Source: a virus (Duplodnaviria; Heunggongvirae; Uroviricota; Caudoviricetes). From it: a DNA stretch of 42,971 bases. The position numbers were made by a program, and so were the translations under genes. Positions 1 to 8,408 of this stretch are shown in pieces. The notes below the pieces were generated by a model. That model ran no database searches. It worked only from the letters and a program-made list of their open reading frames with translations, and was not told the origin of the DNA. Where the stretch lies: the IMG/VR virus record IMGVR_UViG_2579778686_000011. The stretch is one strand, 5' to 3'. The stretch's first letter is position 1. Each line of letters opens with the position of its first letter.

Positions 1-755
1 TTCAGTAAATACAGGGTTACTGATAGTGACACCAATTTCAAAACAACCTTCAGACGTATTAACGTTTGGTAATAACGTTTCCATTATCGCGTCCTCAACA
101 ATGAATTTTGTGATGCGGTGCCTGGTGCCTCCAGGTGACGTTAACCAGTTAACAATTAACGCCGGATACAGAGAATCCACCCATAACACTGTTTTTGGTT
201 TTAACTGTTCCGCGTGCGCTCAGCCGCATTCACCGCATCACAAAATTCACTTTAAAAAGGGCGGCAGAGCAGTCACGGAGTAAAACTGATACCGCCAAAC
301 GTCACCAGAAAATTGATAACAGAGGGCGTTGCAGCGGGGTTGTCACTTAAGCGTATGGTCAACCTGACAACTCGGTGTCCTCAACGGGGAAGGAATAACC
401 CCGCCATACTTACCGCCGCGCCATTTCGCGGGTTGCCACAACCGGAAGCGCACGGTCGAATTAAATTTAACGACACCGTACAGTGAGACGAACTTCGCCG
501 TGCGCTTTCGTGTTGTATGCCTGCTTTTAACCACGTCAGGCGAGGTGGTATCCTTCTTATCCCGAATAACCAAGAAGGAAATCTATATGACTAAAGAAGA
601 ATTTGTCTCTTATATTTTTGATAAAACGGTTGAAATGTATGCCGCTACTTACGGGTCCTGTAATCCTCTGAATAAACCAGAGGGGAAAGATGATTTCGAC
701 AAAATTTACCGCTTCTTGGAGGACCGCTATATCAAAAGGTTAGAGGACGCAGGGA

Positions 756-1133
756 TCAAATCCCCAGTGAAGTCACCATTGTCCTGAGAACTTGCAGGAC
801 GTCATGATCGTAACTTCCATCCAAACCGCGACGGCAAATTGCTTCTCGTATTACCGGAAGCAGTTCGCTGGAAATCTCGGTGCATATTTCACCTGATAAT
901 ACGCCTGGCTCAAGTGAGAATATTGGTGAACTTACGGTCTTGGTCTCGACAGTTTCAGAGTCAGTGCCAACATTATAAAGCTCAACGAAAGCGGTCTTGA
1001 TTTTCCGGGCCAGATCTTTTGCTGGCTCGCTTGCAATATCTTTCCCGATTTCTCGCAGCACAGAATGCAATGTATGAGCTGCTGTTTTCTGTACATCAGA
1101 CGGTAAATCTTTAAATTCCATCGTCAGCCTCAT
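756..1133 (-). CDS. Hypothetical early-left protein (125 aa frame; start uncertain)
   Basis: Open frame co-oriented with the repressor-side leftward operon; no recognisable motif. Confidence 0.3.
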   Translation of the reverse strand: MRLTMEFKDLPSDVQKTAAHTLHSVLREIGKDIASEPAKDLARKIKTAFVELYNVGTDSETVETKTVSSPIFSLEPGVLSGEICTEISSELLPVIREAICRRGLDGSYDHDVLQVLRTMVTSLGI

Positions 1134-1285
1134 CAGTCAGTGTTTCTGGCTAACCAGCAACGCGCGCCAGATTCGGTTTTAAACGTTTTGCTTTTGGTAT
1201 ATGTCATCGCGGTGAACGTACCGTCCTGGTTGGGGAACACGCCACATACCAGAGATTCGCTGTTGCCAAGATCGATAGTATCCAT
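1133..1285 (-). CDS. Small hypothetical protein (~50 aa, MDTIDLGNSESLVCGVFPNQDGTFTAMTYTKSK...)
   Basis: Internal ATG at 1285 preceded by a GAGG-containing purine-rich stretch; the longer 1133..1441 frame reaches into the operator-like repeat at 1401-1420. Confidence 0.3.
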   Translation of the reverse strand: MDTIDLGNSESLVCGVFPNQDGTFTAMTYTKSKTFKTESGARCWLARNTD

Positions 1286-1400
1286 GCTGACCTCATTTCC
1301 CCTTAACGCCGGGGTAGCGGAACTGTTTGCTGAGAACACCGTGCGGTGTCTTGATGGAAGTAATTTAGTTTTCTCATTATTTTTCGTCAAGGTTTTTTGA

Positions 1401-1420
1401 TGAGAAAACTCAAGTATTGG
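1401..1420. promoter_or_regulatory. Operator-like palindrome copy 1 (TGAGAAAACTCAAGTATTGG)
   Basis: Contains the inverted repeat TGAG-AAAA-CTCA; 19/20 identical to the second copy at 1936-1955. Confidence 0.5.
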
Positions 1421-1477
1421 CGCAAGATAAAGCCAATACATTGAAATGTAAGGCTTTAAAATTTTGTGAAGGGATGA

Positions 1478-1885
1478 TTATTGATGCTTGTTGCGTTTGC
1501 GAGCCTCTAATAGCTCGGTGAACAGGCGATTAAAATTCTCAACGCGGGCGCGGAGTTCGCTGAGTTGTGCTTGTTGCTCTGATTTAGGAAGTGCGCGATA
1601 CAAACGCAGCATCTCTAACTCATCTTCCGATAAGTCTAAGGCACTATCGAGTGAAACAGGGGGAGCTGGTGTTTTGTCCTCGTCGCCAAACAGTATCCAG
1701 GTTGGTGAACATTGCAATACCTCGGCGAGGCGATGCAAATTTTGCCCGCGCGGGGCTGTATGGTCACTTTCCCATAATGAAATTGATGAGCCAGATACGC
1801 CAGCAGCTTTGCTTAAACCGTTTTGACTTAAGCCTACCTGCTTACGTCTTTCTCTAATGCGTTGACCTAAAGTTTTCTCGTTCAT
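1478..1885 (-). CDS. XRE-family HTH repressor (Rac-type prophage repressor-like, no S24 peptidase domain apparent)
   Basis: Translation MNEKTLGQRIRERRKQVGLSQNGLSKAAGVSGSSISLWE is a classic XRE helix-turn-helix; divergent from a Cro-like gene; start taken at ATG 1885 within the 1478..1936 frame. Confidence 0.8.
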   Translation of the reverse strand: MNEKTLGQRIRERRKQVGLSQNGLSKAAGVSGSSISLWESDHTAPRGQNLHRLAEVLQCSPTWILFGDEDKTPAPPVSLDSALDLSEDELEMLRLYRALPKSEQQAQLSELRARVENFNRLFTELLEARKRNKHQ

Positions 1886-1906
1886 ATTTAGATATCTTAA
1901 TAACCC

Positions 1907-1955
1907 TTGACTTGAGATTCCTTGAGTGATTAGCATTGAGAAAACTCAATATTGG
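1907..1955 (+). promoter_or_regulatory. Candidate rightward early promoter (-35 TTGACT 1907-1912, -10 TAGCAT 1931-1936) overlapping operator-like palindrome copy 2 (1936-1955)
   Basis: Sigma70-like hexamers with 18 bp spacing, followed by TTGAGAAAACTCAA palindrome and GGAGG RBS before the ATG at 1963. Confidence 0.45.
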
Positions 1956-1962
1956 AGGTGCG

Positions 1963-2190
1963 ATGTTTAAATCAGACGTAATTAATTTTTACGGTACGAA
2001 AGCCAAAGTAGCGAAAGCTGCTGGCGTTGACCCATCTGCTGTTTCTCAATGGCAAGAGCTGGTTCCTGAAGGTCGCGCGATGCGTCTACAGGAGGCATCT
2101 GGCGGCGAGCTTCTGTATGATCCCAAGGTTTATGACGAATATCGTAAGACGAAGCGGGCGGGGCGGTTGAACAATGAAAATCACTCCTGA
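1963..2190 (+). CDS. Cro/YdaS-like small DNA-binding protein
   Basis: 75 aa, MFKSDVINFYGTKAKVAKAAGVDPSAVSQWQ... HTH-like; GGAGG RBS 5 nt upstream; divergent from repressor. Confidence 0.7.
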   Translation: MFKSDVINFYGTKAKVAKAAGVDPSAVSQWQELVPEGRAMRLQEASGGELLYDPKVYDEYRKTKRAGRLNNENHS

Positions 2191-2695
2191 ACAGGCTCGT
2201 GAGGCTCTGGATGCCTGGATATGTCGACCAGGAATGACACAGGAGCAGGCGACGATATTAATCACTGAAGCATTCTGGGCTTTGAAAGAGCGCCCGAACA
2301 TCGATGTTCAGCGTGTCACAGATGAAGGTGGCGCGGTTGATCAGCGAGCGCTTGGCGTTAATCGAGTGAAGATATTCGAACGCTGGAAGGCTATCGACAC
2401 TAGGGATAAGCGTGAAAAGTTCACGGCGCTAGTGCCTGCAATTATGGAGGCTATCCGGATTAATGATTTCAGGTTGTATCGTGAAATTAGTGACGGAAAA
2501 AGCATCACGTACATGATCGCCGGGTTAAACAAAGAATATGGCGATGTGGTGGAGTCCGGACTGCTTTTTGCTGATCCTGCCGTAGTGGATCGTGAAACTG
2601 ACGAACTTATAGAAAAAGCAATTGCTTTCAAACTTGCGTATCGACAGCAATACCAACAAAAAGCTGGATGGAATTATGAGCCTTCTTTTTGCTGA
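2174..2695 (+). CDS. YdaT-like protein (second gene of the repressor-controlled rightward operon)
   Basis: 173 aa frame overlapping the Cro-like stop; position and size match the ydaS-ydaT arrangement of Rac-type prophages; family assignment from memory, not searched. Confidence 0.55.
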   Translation: MKITPEQAREALDAWICRPGMTQEQATILITEAFWALKERPNIDVQRVTDEGGAVDQRALGVNRVKIFERWKAIDTRDKREKFTALVPAIMEAIRINDFRLYREISDGKSITYMIAGLNKEYGDVVESGLLFADPAVVDRETDELIEKAIAFKLAYRQQYQQKAGWNYEPSFC

Positions 2696-3641
2696 ACGCC
2701 CACTGGTTATAAACACACAGCTTGCGATGAAGATTGGCTTAAATGAAGCCATTGTGTTGCAGCAGTTGCATTACTGGTTGAGAGATACCAATTCCGGCAT
2801 GGAATGTGATGGTGTTCGCTGGATTTACAACACAACGGAACAATGGCTGGAACAGTTCCCATTCTGGTCAGAGTCAACGTTAAAGCGCGCGTTTGCAAGT
2901 CTGAAAACGCTGGGGCTTTTGCGTTGTGAAAAGCTCAATAAATCAAAGCGCGATATGACCAATTTCTACACGATCAACTACGGGAGCGAGCTTTTAGATG
3001 GTGGCAAATTGAGCGAATCCATCGGTTTAAAATGCGCCGCTCCATCAGGTCAAAATGACACGATGGAAGAGGTCAAAATGAAACGCTCCATTGGTTCAAA
3101 ACGACCCAATGTCATCGGGTCAAAATGGCCTGATGATCTTACAGAGAATACAACAGAGATTACTACAGAGAATAAAAACACTTTTCGTCCGGAAGCTTCG
3201 CAACCGGACCCGCAGACCGCTGAACAGGATTTTTTAACCCGGAACCCCGACGCGGTTGTGTTTAGTGCGAAAAAACGCCAGTGGGGTAGCAGGGAGGATT
3301 TGGCGTGTGCGCAGTGGATTTGGGGGCGGATCGTGAACCTTTACGAACAGGCTGCCAGCGACGATGGAGAGATCATGCGACCAAAAGAGCCTAACTGGAC
3401 AGCCTGGGCCAATGACGTGCGCACAATGCGGATGCTGGATGGCAGAAGCCACAGACAAATTTGCGAAATGTTTGGTCGGGTACAGCGAGATCAATTCTGG
3501 GTAAAAAACATCATGAGCCCGTCAAAACTCCGCGAAAAATGGGACGAACTGGTCATCCGCCTGGGACGTTCACCTGTACAGCGTTGTATGAATCATATTT
3601 CTGAACCGGATACAGAAATTCCGCCTGGTTTCAGAGGATAA
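2676..3641 (+). CDS. Putative phage replication initiation protein (replisome-organiser-like)
   Basis: 321 aa from ATG 2676 (frame opens at 2622); follows the immunity module where lambdoid phages place O-like genes; winged-helix-like N-terminus. Confidence 0.45.
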   Translation: MSLLFAERPLVINTQLAMKIGLNEAIVLQQLHYWLRDTNSGMECDGVRWIYNTTEQWLEQFPFWSESTLKRAFASLKTLGLLRCEKLNKSKRDMTNFYTINYGSELLDGGKLSESIGLKCAAPSGQNDTMEEVKMKRSIGSKRPNVIGSKWPDDLTENTTEITTENKNTFRPEASQPDPQTAEQDFLTRNPDAVVFSAKKRQWGSREDLACAQWIWGRIVNLYEQAASDDGEIMRPKEPNWTAWANDVRTMRMLDGRSHRQICEMFGRVQRDQFWVKNIMSPSKLREKWDELVIRLGRSPVQRCMNHISEPDTEIPPGFRG

Positions 3642-3681
3642 GTTTTGATTTCAGGTCATGAGGTAATTTTAAGGGGGACTT

Positions 3682-4083
3682 GTGGCAAAAGTTTTTACAC
3701 AAGAAGAGCGGGAAAAAATTAAAGGGCAGGTGGTGGAACTCGTGCGCCAGAGCGGTCGTGAGACGTTACGGCAACTGGAAGCTAAAACAGGTGCGACTAG
3801 ATATCTGATGAGCGTTCTTGCCAGAGAGCTGGTAGCCAGTGGCGATGTATACAACTCCGGCTACGGGTTATTCCCGTCTGAACAGGCGCGTAAGGACTGG
3901 CAAAACGCCCGCAAAAAACTATCGAGGGCAAAGGTGAAGAAAACAGCTGTGGTTGATCCGGACCTTATCTGGTCGTTACCTGATGGAGAAATACGTCGCT
4001 ACGACAGTCGCCTAAACATAATCTGTCGCGAGTGCCGGATGAGTGAAGTTATGCAGCGCATACTGGCATTTTATCAGGGATAA
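3682..4083 (+). CDS. Hypothetical protein (133 aa, GTG start)
   Basis: Open frame immediately after the replication gene; no confident motif. Confidence 0.4.
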   Translation: MAKVFTQEEREKIKGQVVELVRQSGRETLRQLEAKTGATRYLMSVLARELVASGDVYNSGYGLFPSEQARKDWQNARKKLSRAKVKKTAVVDPDLIWSLPDGEIRRYDSRLNIICRECRMSEVMQRILAFYQG

Positions 4084-4234
4084 TGTTAGGTATTTTAGAC
4101 GTTACTAGATTAAAAAGCATTAGTTCAGGAGTGAATTGACATTCTCATTTTTCATGGCACAGGGTAGATCTGGCGTGGTTGTCCGCTTTGTGCCAGAAGC
4201 GGACGTTACAATACAATCACTATGCTAATGCGCA

Positions 4235-5305
4235 TTGATATGTGATATAACAATAATCAACCGTTCAAAAAGGAGCATTTATATGAGCAGGATGATAATT
4301 GATACAAATATTCTTTACTCACTAGTTGGTCTGTCGACAAACCAAAAAATAATTAACTCCCCTATAGATCAATTCAAATTATCCATTACGACACCATCAC
4401 TCATAGAAGTGATCTCTAAATATTGCAATGACTTAGGGGCTGTAAAAAAATGCATTAGCCCAATCATAAACGGAAATATTGAACTAATTAGCATTGGTCA
4501 TACTCCAATCTCAAATGAATTTCTTTATAGGTTGCATTTTTCAGACAAAATAGACGAAGTAAAAGATATTATTGATAATGTTAGAGCACTAAAAATATCT
4601 AGAGAGGCTGAGTTTTATAGGTTCATACTCATACTGGTTGTCTCTGGTTTGTTTGAGGTTATTAGAGAAGATGGATACAAGTTTGATAACGATGTACAAA
4701 ATCAAAGTCAACTTAGTCTTGTGCAGACTCTACTTGAATCTAATATGGAATTAATTTTAGACTTCTTTAAAGATGAGTTGCGGAATGGATATATTAATGG
4801 AAATGAGCAGCAATCAGCTTTGAAAGCTTTTGAAACCATGCTTATCGGACTCCTACATGCTTTTCATGTCAACTATCATATGATTAAAACTGACACAGTT
4901 AACATTTCCGGAAGCCAAGACAGACTCAAAAATCTGTATGATAGTATAAAAAATGATAATTTTGATAAAAAGTTTAAAAAATATATGGAGAATCCAATAT
5001 CCCTTGCCTGCAAAAAAAAACACGAATCAGTAGTTGATAACTACCTGAAAGAAATGGAGGAGGGGATTTCTGGCGCTCGTGGGCTTACTAAGAATTCGTT
5101 GAGCTTTCTAATGAGCAAGGTTGAGGATGCATATAAAAATGGTCGTAAATTACGAAAAAATGACATATTTGACTTTCTAATAGTTATTTCTCTAAATATG
5201 CCAGACACTTTGATTTTAACACTTGATAAAGGTTTTTTAAAAGACCTTAAAGATCTTCACCCTAACAGCTATAAAAAGTGTCTGGATTTCGGTTTTGTAA
5301 ATTAA
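4235..5305 (+). CDS. Split PIN-like domain protein in an AT-rich island (340 aa if started at ATG 4283)
   Basis: N-terminus MIIDTNILYSL matches the hhhDTNhh start of PIN/VapC nucleases; C-terminus NDIFDFLIVISL...DTLILTLDKGF resembles the distal PIN acidic strand; about 250 aa of Lys/Asn/Ile-rich sequence lies between. Confidence 0.55.
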   Translation: MICDITIINRSKRSIYMSRMIIDTNILYSLVGLSTNQKIINSPIDQFKLSITTPSLIEVISKYCNDLGAVKKCISPIINGNIELISIGHTPISNEFLYRLHFSDKIDEVKDIIDNVRALKISREAEFYRFILILVVSGLFEVIREDGYKFDNDVQNQSQLSLVQTLLESNMELILDFFKDELRNGYINGNEQQSALKAFETMLIGLLHAFHVNYHMIKTDTVNISGSQDRLKNLYDSIKNDNFDKKFKKYMENPISLACKKKHESVVDNYLKEMEEGISGARGLTKNSLSFLMSKVEDAYKNGRKLRKNDIFDFLIVISLNMPDTLILTLDKGFLKDLKDLHPNSYKKCLDFGFVN

Positions 5306-5602
5306 AAATATATTGATGTAAAATAAAACGCACCCACATTTAACTTAGCTAGACTATATCCTTCAATTATTCTATCTGCTTTTTGTTAAATGTGGGGTTG
5401 CAGATGTTACGAGTCAATTAAATTTGCAAGTCAGGTAGAATTGATAAGAATTGCAATACGAATCCGTGAACATTAATGCTAACGCTAAGTATACGAAAGA
5501 TATTGTAAATATACTTCTTTTTTTGTTTTTAAGTTCTTTTATTTGACAGTAGTTCCATCATTCAATTGCGTATTATCTTCCAATGCCAGTGACACTCCCT
5601 CA

Positions 5603-5695
5603 TTATGAGAGGATTGTGGTAATCAAAAGAAAAATTAATATCACGCCAAGAATATTCGAAACCAACCCTATGGTGTTAAGTCCTGGTGATGTCAT
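5603..5695 (-). CDS. Candidate small hydrophobic peptide (30 aa, MTSPGLNTIGLVSNILGVILIFLLITTILS)
   Basis: Hand-translated from the minus strand; single predicted transmembrane helix; weak RBS; in otherwise ORF-free AT-rich DNA. Confidence 0.2.
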   Translation of the reverse strand: MTSPGLNTIGLVSNILGVILIFLLITTILS

Positions 5696-6075
5696 TTAGT
5701 TTGCTCTAGGTTTATTATTCAGAAAGCAAAGAATATTCGTTAAATTATTATGTTAGCTTTAATTATTAAAAAACATGTTAATTATCATCAAATGAGCACT
5801 TATCATCATTTTAGTCAAAGAGGTAGTGAGTATTCATTCTGGATCATAACTGCCTTCCTGTTTACGCTAGTGTTTTTTAAAGTCGATGTCCGCTCATCGC
5901 TCAAAGCGGACTAGAAGGTTAGCTTGTGTCGGACTTTGCGTATTAAATGACTAGTGGTTGAGCCCCATTTCCACAGAAAAAATCAGAGAAACTATACCCA
6001 ATAGTTGTATTGAATCACTGACGAGACAGCCTCATATTCATCAGGACTGGTGTACGTCCAATACAGGAGGTTGTG

Positions 6076-6165
6076 GTGCTGGTTCTCAAATGTGCGCTGG
6101 CTATTACGGCTGTAATGGCGATTTATTGTCTTGCTATTGTTCTTATGGATCGCCTTTCTGACTGA
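6076..6165 (+). CDS. Candidate small hydrophobic peptide (~30 aa, VLVLKCALAITAVMAIYCLAIVLMDRLSD; GTG start)
   Basis: AGGAGG at 6065-6070 five nt before GTG 6076; overlaps in another frame the 5958..6161 Cys/Gly-rich ORF. Confidence 0.25.
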   Translation: MLVLKCALAITAVMAIYCLAIVLMDRLSD

Positions 6166-6376
6166 TTTCACATTGGCGAGGTAACGGTAGTTAAGTAGAA
6201 TGGCTGCGGGTGCTTGAGGCTATCTGCCTCGGGCATGAACACCAACGGCAGATAGAGAAAAGCCCCAGTTAACATTACGCGTCCTGCAAGACGCTTAACA
6301 TTAATCTGAGGCCAATTTCATGCTAGACACATGTAGGTTAGCCTCTTACGTGCCGAAAGGCAAGGAGAAGCAGGCT

Positions 6377-6532
6377 ATGAAGCAGCAAAAGGCGATGTTA
6401 ATCGCCCTGATCGTCATCTGTTTAACCGTCATAGTGACGGCACTGGTAACGAGGAAAGACCTCTGCGAGGTACGAATCCGAACCGGGCAGACGGAGGTCG
6501 CTGTCTTCACAGCTTACGAACCTGAGGAGTAA
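6377..6532 (+). CDS. hok: Hok/Gef-family type I toxin
   Basis: MKQQKAMLIALIVICLTVIVTALVTRKDLCEVRIRTGQTEVAVFTAYEPEE is collinear with Hok, including the TRK-LCE-R core; AAGGAGA RBS; in-frame upstream ATG at 6320 gives a mok-like leader; hok-like 5' UTR and 3' fold-back elements present. Confidence 0.85.
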   Translation: MKQQKAMLIALIVICLTVIVTALVTRKDLCEVRIRTGQTEVAVFTAYEPEE

Positions 6533-6601
6533 GAGACCCGGCGAGGGAGAAATCCCTCGCCACCTCTGATGTGGCAGGCATCCTCAACGCACCCGCACTT
6601 A

Positions 6602-6627
6602 ACCCGCTTCGGCGGGTTTTTGTTTTT
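6602..6627 (+). terminator. Rho-independent terminator ending the hok transcript
   Basis: CCCGC-TTCG-GCGGG hairpin followed by TTTTTGTTTTT. Confidence 0.7.
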
Positions 6628-6748
6628 ATTTTCAACGCGTTTGAAGTTCTGGACGGTGCCGGAATAGAATCAAAAATACTTAAGTAGCGCGCAGGGATAA
6701 GAGGGATGGTCCCTTAAAGGGGAGAGCTAATTATCCGGAAGGATTCTG

Positions 6749-7000
6749 ATGATGAACATCGAAGAACTGCGTAAAATTTTTTGTGAAGATGGCCTCTATG
6801 CGGTGTGCGTTGAAAATGGAAATCTTGTTAGTCATTACCGCATTATGTGTTTGCGAAAGAATGGGGCTGCGTTAATTAATTTTGTGGATGGTCGAGTGAC
6901 AGACGGATTTATCTTGCGCGAAGGTGAGTTTGTCACTTCATTACAGGCACTGAAAGAGATCGGAATAAAAGCAGGCTTTTCAGCTTTTGCAGAAGAATAA
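6749..7000 (+). CDS. Hypothetical NinR-region protein (83 aa)
   Basis: Open frame with plausible start; no recognisable motif. Confidence 0.4.
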   Translation: MMNIEELRKIFCEDGLYAVCVENGNLVSHYRIMCLRKNGAALINFVDGRVTDGFILREGEFVTSLQALKEIGIKAGFSAFAEE

Positions 7001-7066
7001 ACTCATCTACAATCTTGCGCGGGGCTGAACTCCCGCTGAGTAACACCGTGCCACCGGAGAAAACCG

Positions 7067-7345
7067 ATGGCACGCAACGTAAAATATTACAATTCTGATA
7101 ATTCGCCCGTTCTTGCCTGCACGCACGAGCGGTATTCTCACGCATTCAAGTCTGAATGGTTCCAACACCCTCCATGCACTGAAGAGCAGGCTGAATGGAT
7201 AATTCAGTGTTACCGCAGGCGCGGATACGAGGTTAAGAAAGCCCTTAGTCTCGACTACCGTCACTGGATAATCTCAGTCAGATTGCCTTACTCCGAACGC
7301 CCACCACGTGCGTCCCGCACTTTCCAGCAACGGATCTGGAGGTAA
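7067..7345 (+). CDS. Hypothetical protein (92 aa)
   Basis: Open frame; 3' end overlaps the next gene. Confidence 0.3.
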   Translation: MARNVKYYNSDNSPVLACTHERYSHAFKSEWFQHPPCTEEQAEWIIQCYRRRGYEVKKALSLDYRHWIISVRLPYSERPPRASRTFQQRIWR

Positions 7346-8396
7346 CGTGCGGGTATTACTTAGACCTGTTCTGGTGCCTGAGCTTGGGCTGGTGGTCCTT
7401 AAGCCGGGCCGTGAATCCATACAGATATTTCATAATCCTCGAGTGCTGGTGGAACCGGAACCAAAAAGCATGCGTAATCTGCCATCCGGAGTCGTTCCTG
7501 CCGTTGGCCAGCCGCTGGCGGAAGACAAAACATTGCTGCCGTTTTTTAGTAACGAACGGGTGATTCGTGCTGCTGGCGGCGTTGGCGCATTGTCTGACTG
7601 GCTATTACGTCATGTTACATCCTGCCAGTGGCCTAATGGAGATTACCATCACACTGAAACAGTCATTCACCGTTATGGTACCGGCGCAATGGTGTTGTGT
7701 TGGCACTGCGACAACCAACTGCGTGACCAGACATCGGAATCACTGGAGCTGCTTGCTCAACAAAATCTGACAGCATGGGTGATTGACGTCATCCGTCACG
7801 CAATAAGCGGTACGCAGGAGCGGGAATTATCTTTGGCTGAATTATCCTGGTGGGCGGTCTGCAATCAGGTGGTGGATGCACTACCTGAGGCTGTATCGCG
7901 TCGTTCGCTGGGATTACCAGCGGAAAAAATCTGCTCGGTGTACCGCGAAAGCGACATCGTACCGGGAGAGCAGACCGCCACCAGCATACTGAAACAGCGC
8001 ACAAAAAATCTTGCGCCGCTGCCTCACGCCCACCAGCAACAGAACCCACCACAGGAAAAGACGGTGGTCAGCATTGCCGTTGATCCTGAGTCTCCGGAAT
8101 CTTTCATGAAACGACCTAAACGTCGCCGCTGGGTTAACGAGAAATACAAACGCTGGGTGAAGACACAGCCGTGTGCGTGTTGTGGTAAGCCAGCCGACGA
8201 TCCCCATCACCTGATTGGTCATGGTCAGGGCGGAATGGGGACAAAATCTCACGATATTTTCACGCTACCGCTGTGTCGGGAGCATCACAACGAGCTTCAT
8301 GCGGATCCTCTGGCGTTCGAAGAAAAGCATGGTTCTCAGGTTGATTTAATTTTTCGTTTTCTTGATCACGCCTTTGCAACTGGCGTGCTTGGGTAA
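7308..8396 (+). CDS. DUF968-like NinR-region protein with Cys/His-rich C-terminus (start GTG 7308 or ATG 7470)
   Basis: C-terminal CACCGKPADDPHHLIGHGQGGMGTKSHDIFTLPLCREHHNELH is a metal-binding-like motif recalled from YdfU-type prophage proteins. Confidence 0.55.
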   Translation: MRPALSSNGSGGNVRVLLRPVLVPELGLVVLKPGRESIQIFHNPRVLVEPEPKSMRNLPSGVVPAVGQPLAEDKTLLPFFSNERVIRAAGGVGALSDWLLRHVTSCQWPNGDYHHTETVIHRYGTGAMVLCWHCDNQLRDQTSESLELLAQQNLTAWVIDVIRHAISGTQERELSLAELSWWAVCNQVVDALPEAVSRRSLGLPAEKICSVYRESDIVPGEQTATSILKQRTKNLAPLPHAHQQQNPPQEKTVVSIAVDPESPESFMKRPKRRRWVNEKYKRWVKTQPCACCGKPADDPHHLIGHGQGGMGTKSHDIFTLPLCREHHNELHADPLAFEEKHGSQVDLIFRFLDHAFATGVLG

Positions 8397-8408
8397 AAGA
8401 GGTGACTG

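Noticed and set aside
1-600. ORFs 26..283 (plus) and 343..573 (minus)
   Set aside because: No RBS or motif support; products are compositionally odd and the region looks non-coding or structured.
5958-6161. Cys/Gly-rich 67 aa ORF as a microcin or bacteriocin precursor
   Set aside because: No double-glycine leader, no immunity or export genes, no RBS at its ATG; the overlapping hydrophobic frame with a consensus RBS is at least as plausible, so it is kept only as an alternative reading in a finding.
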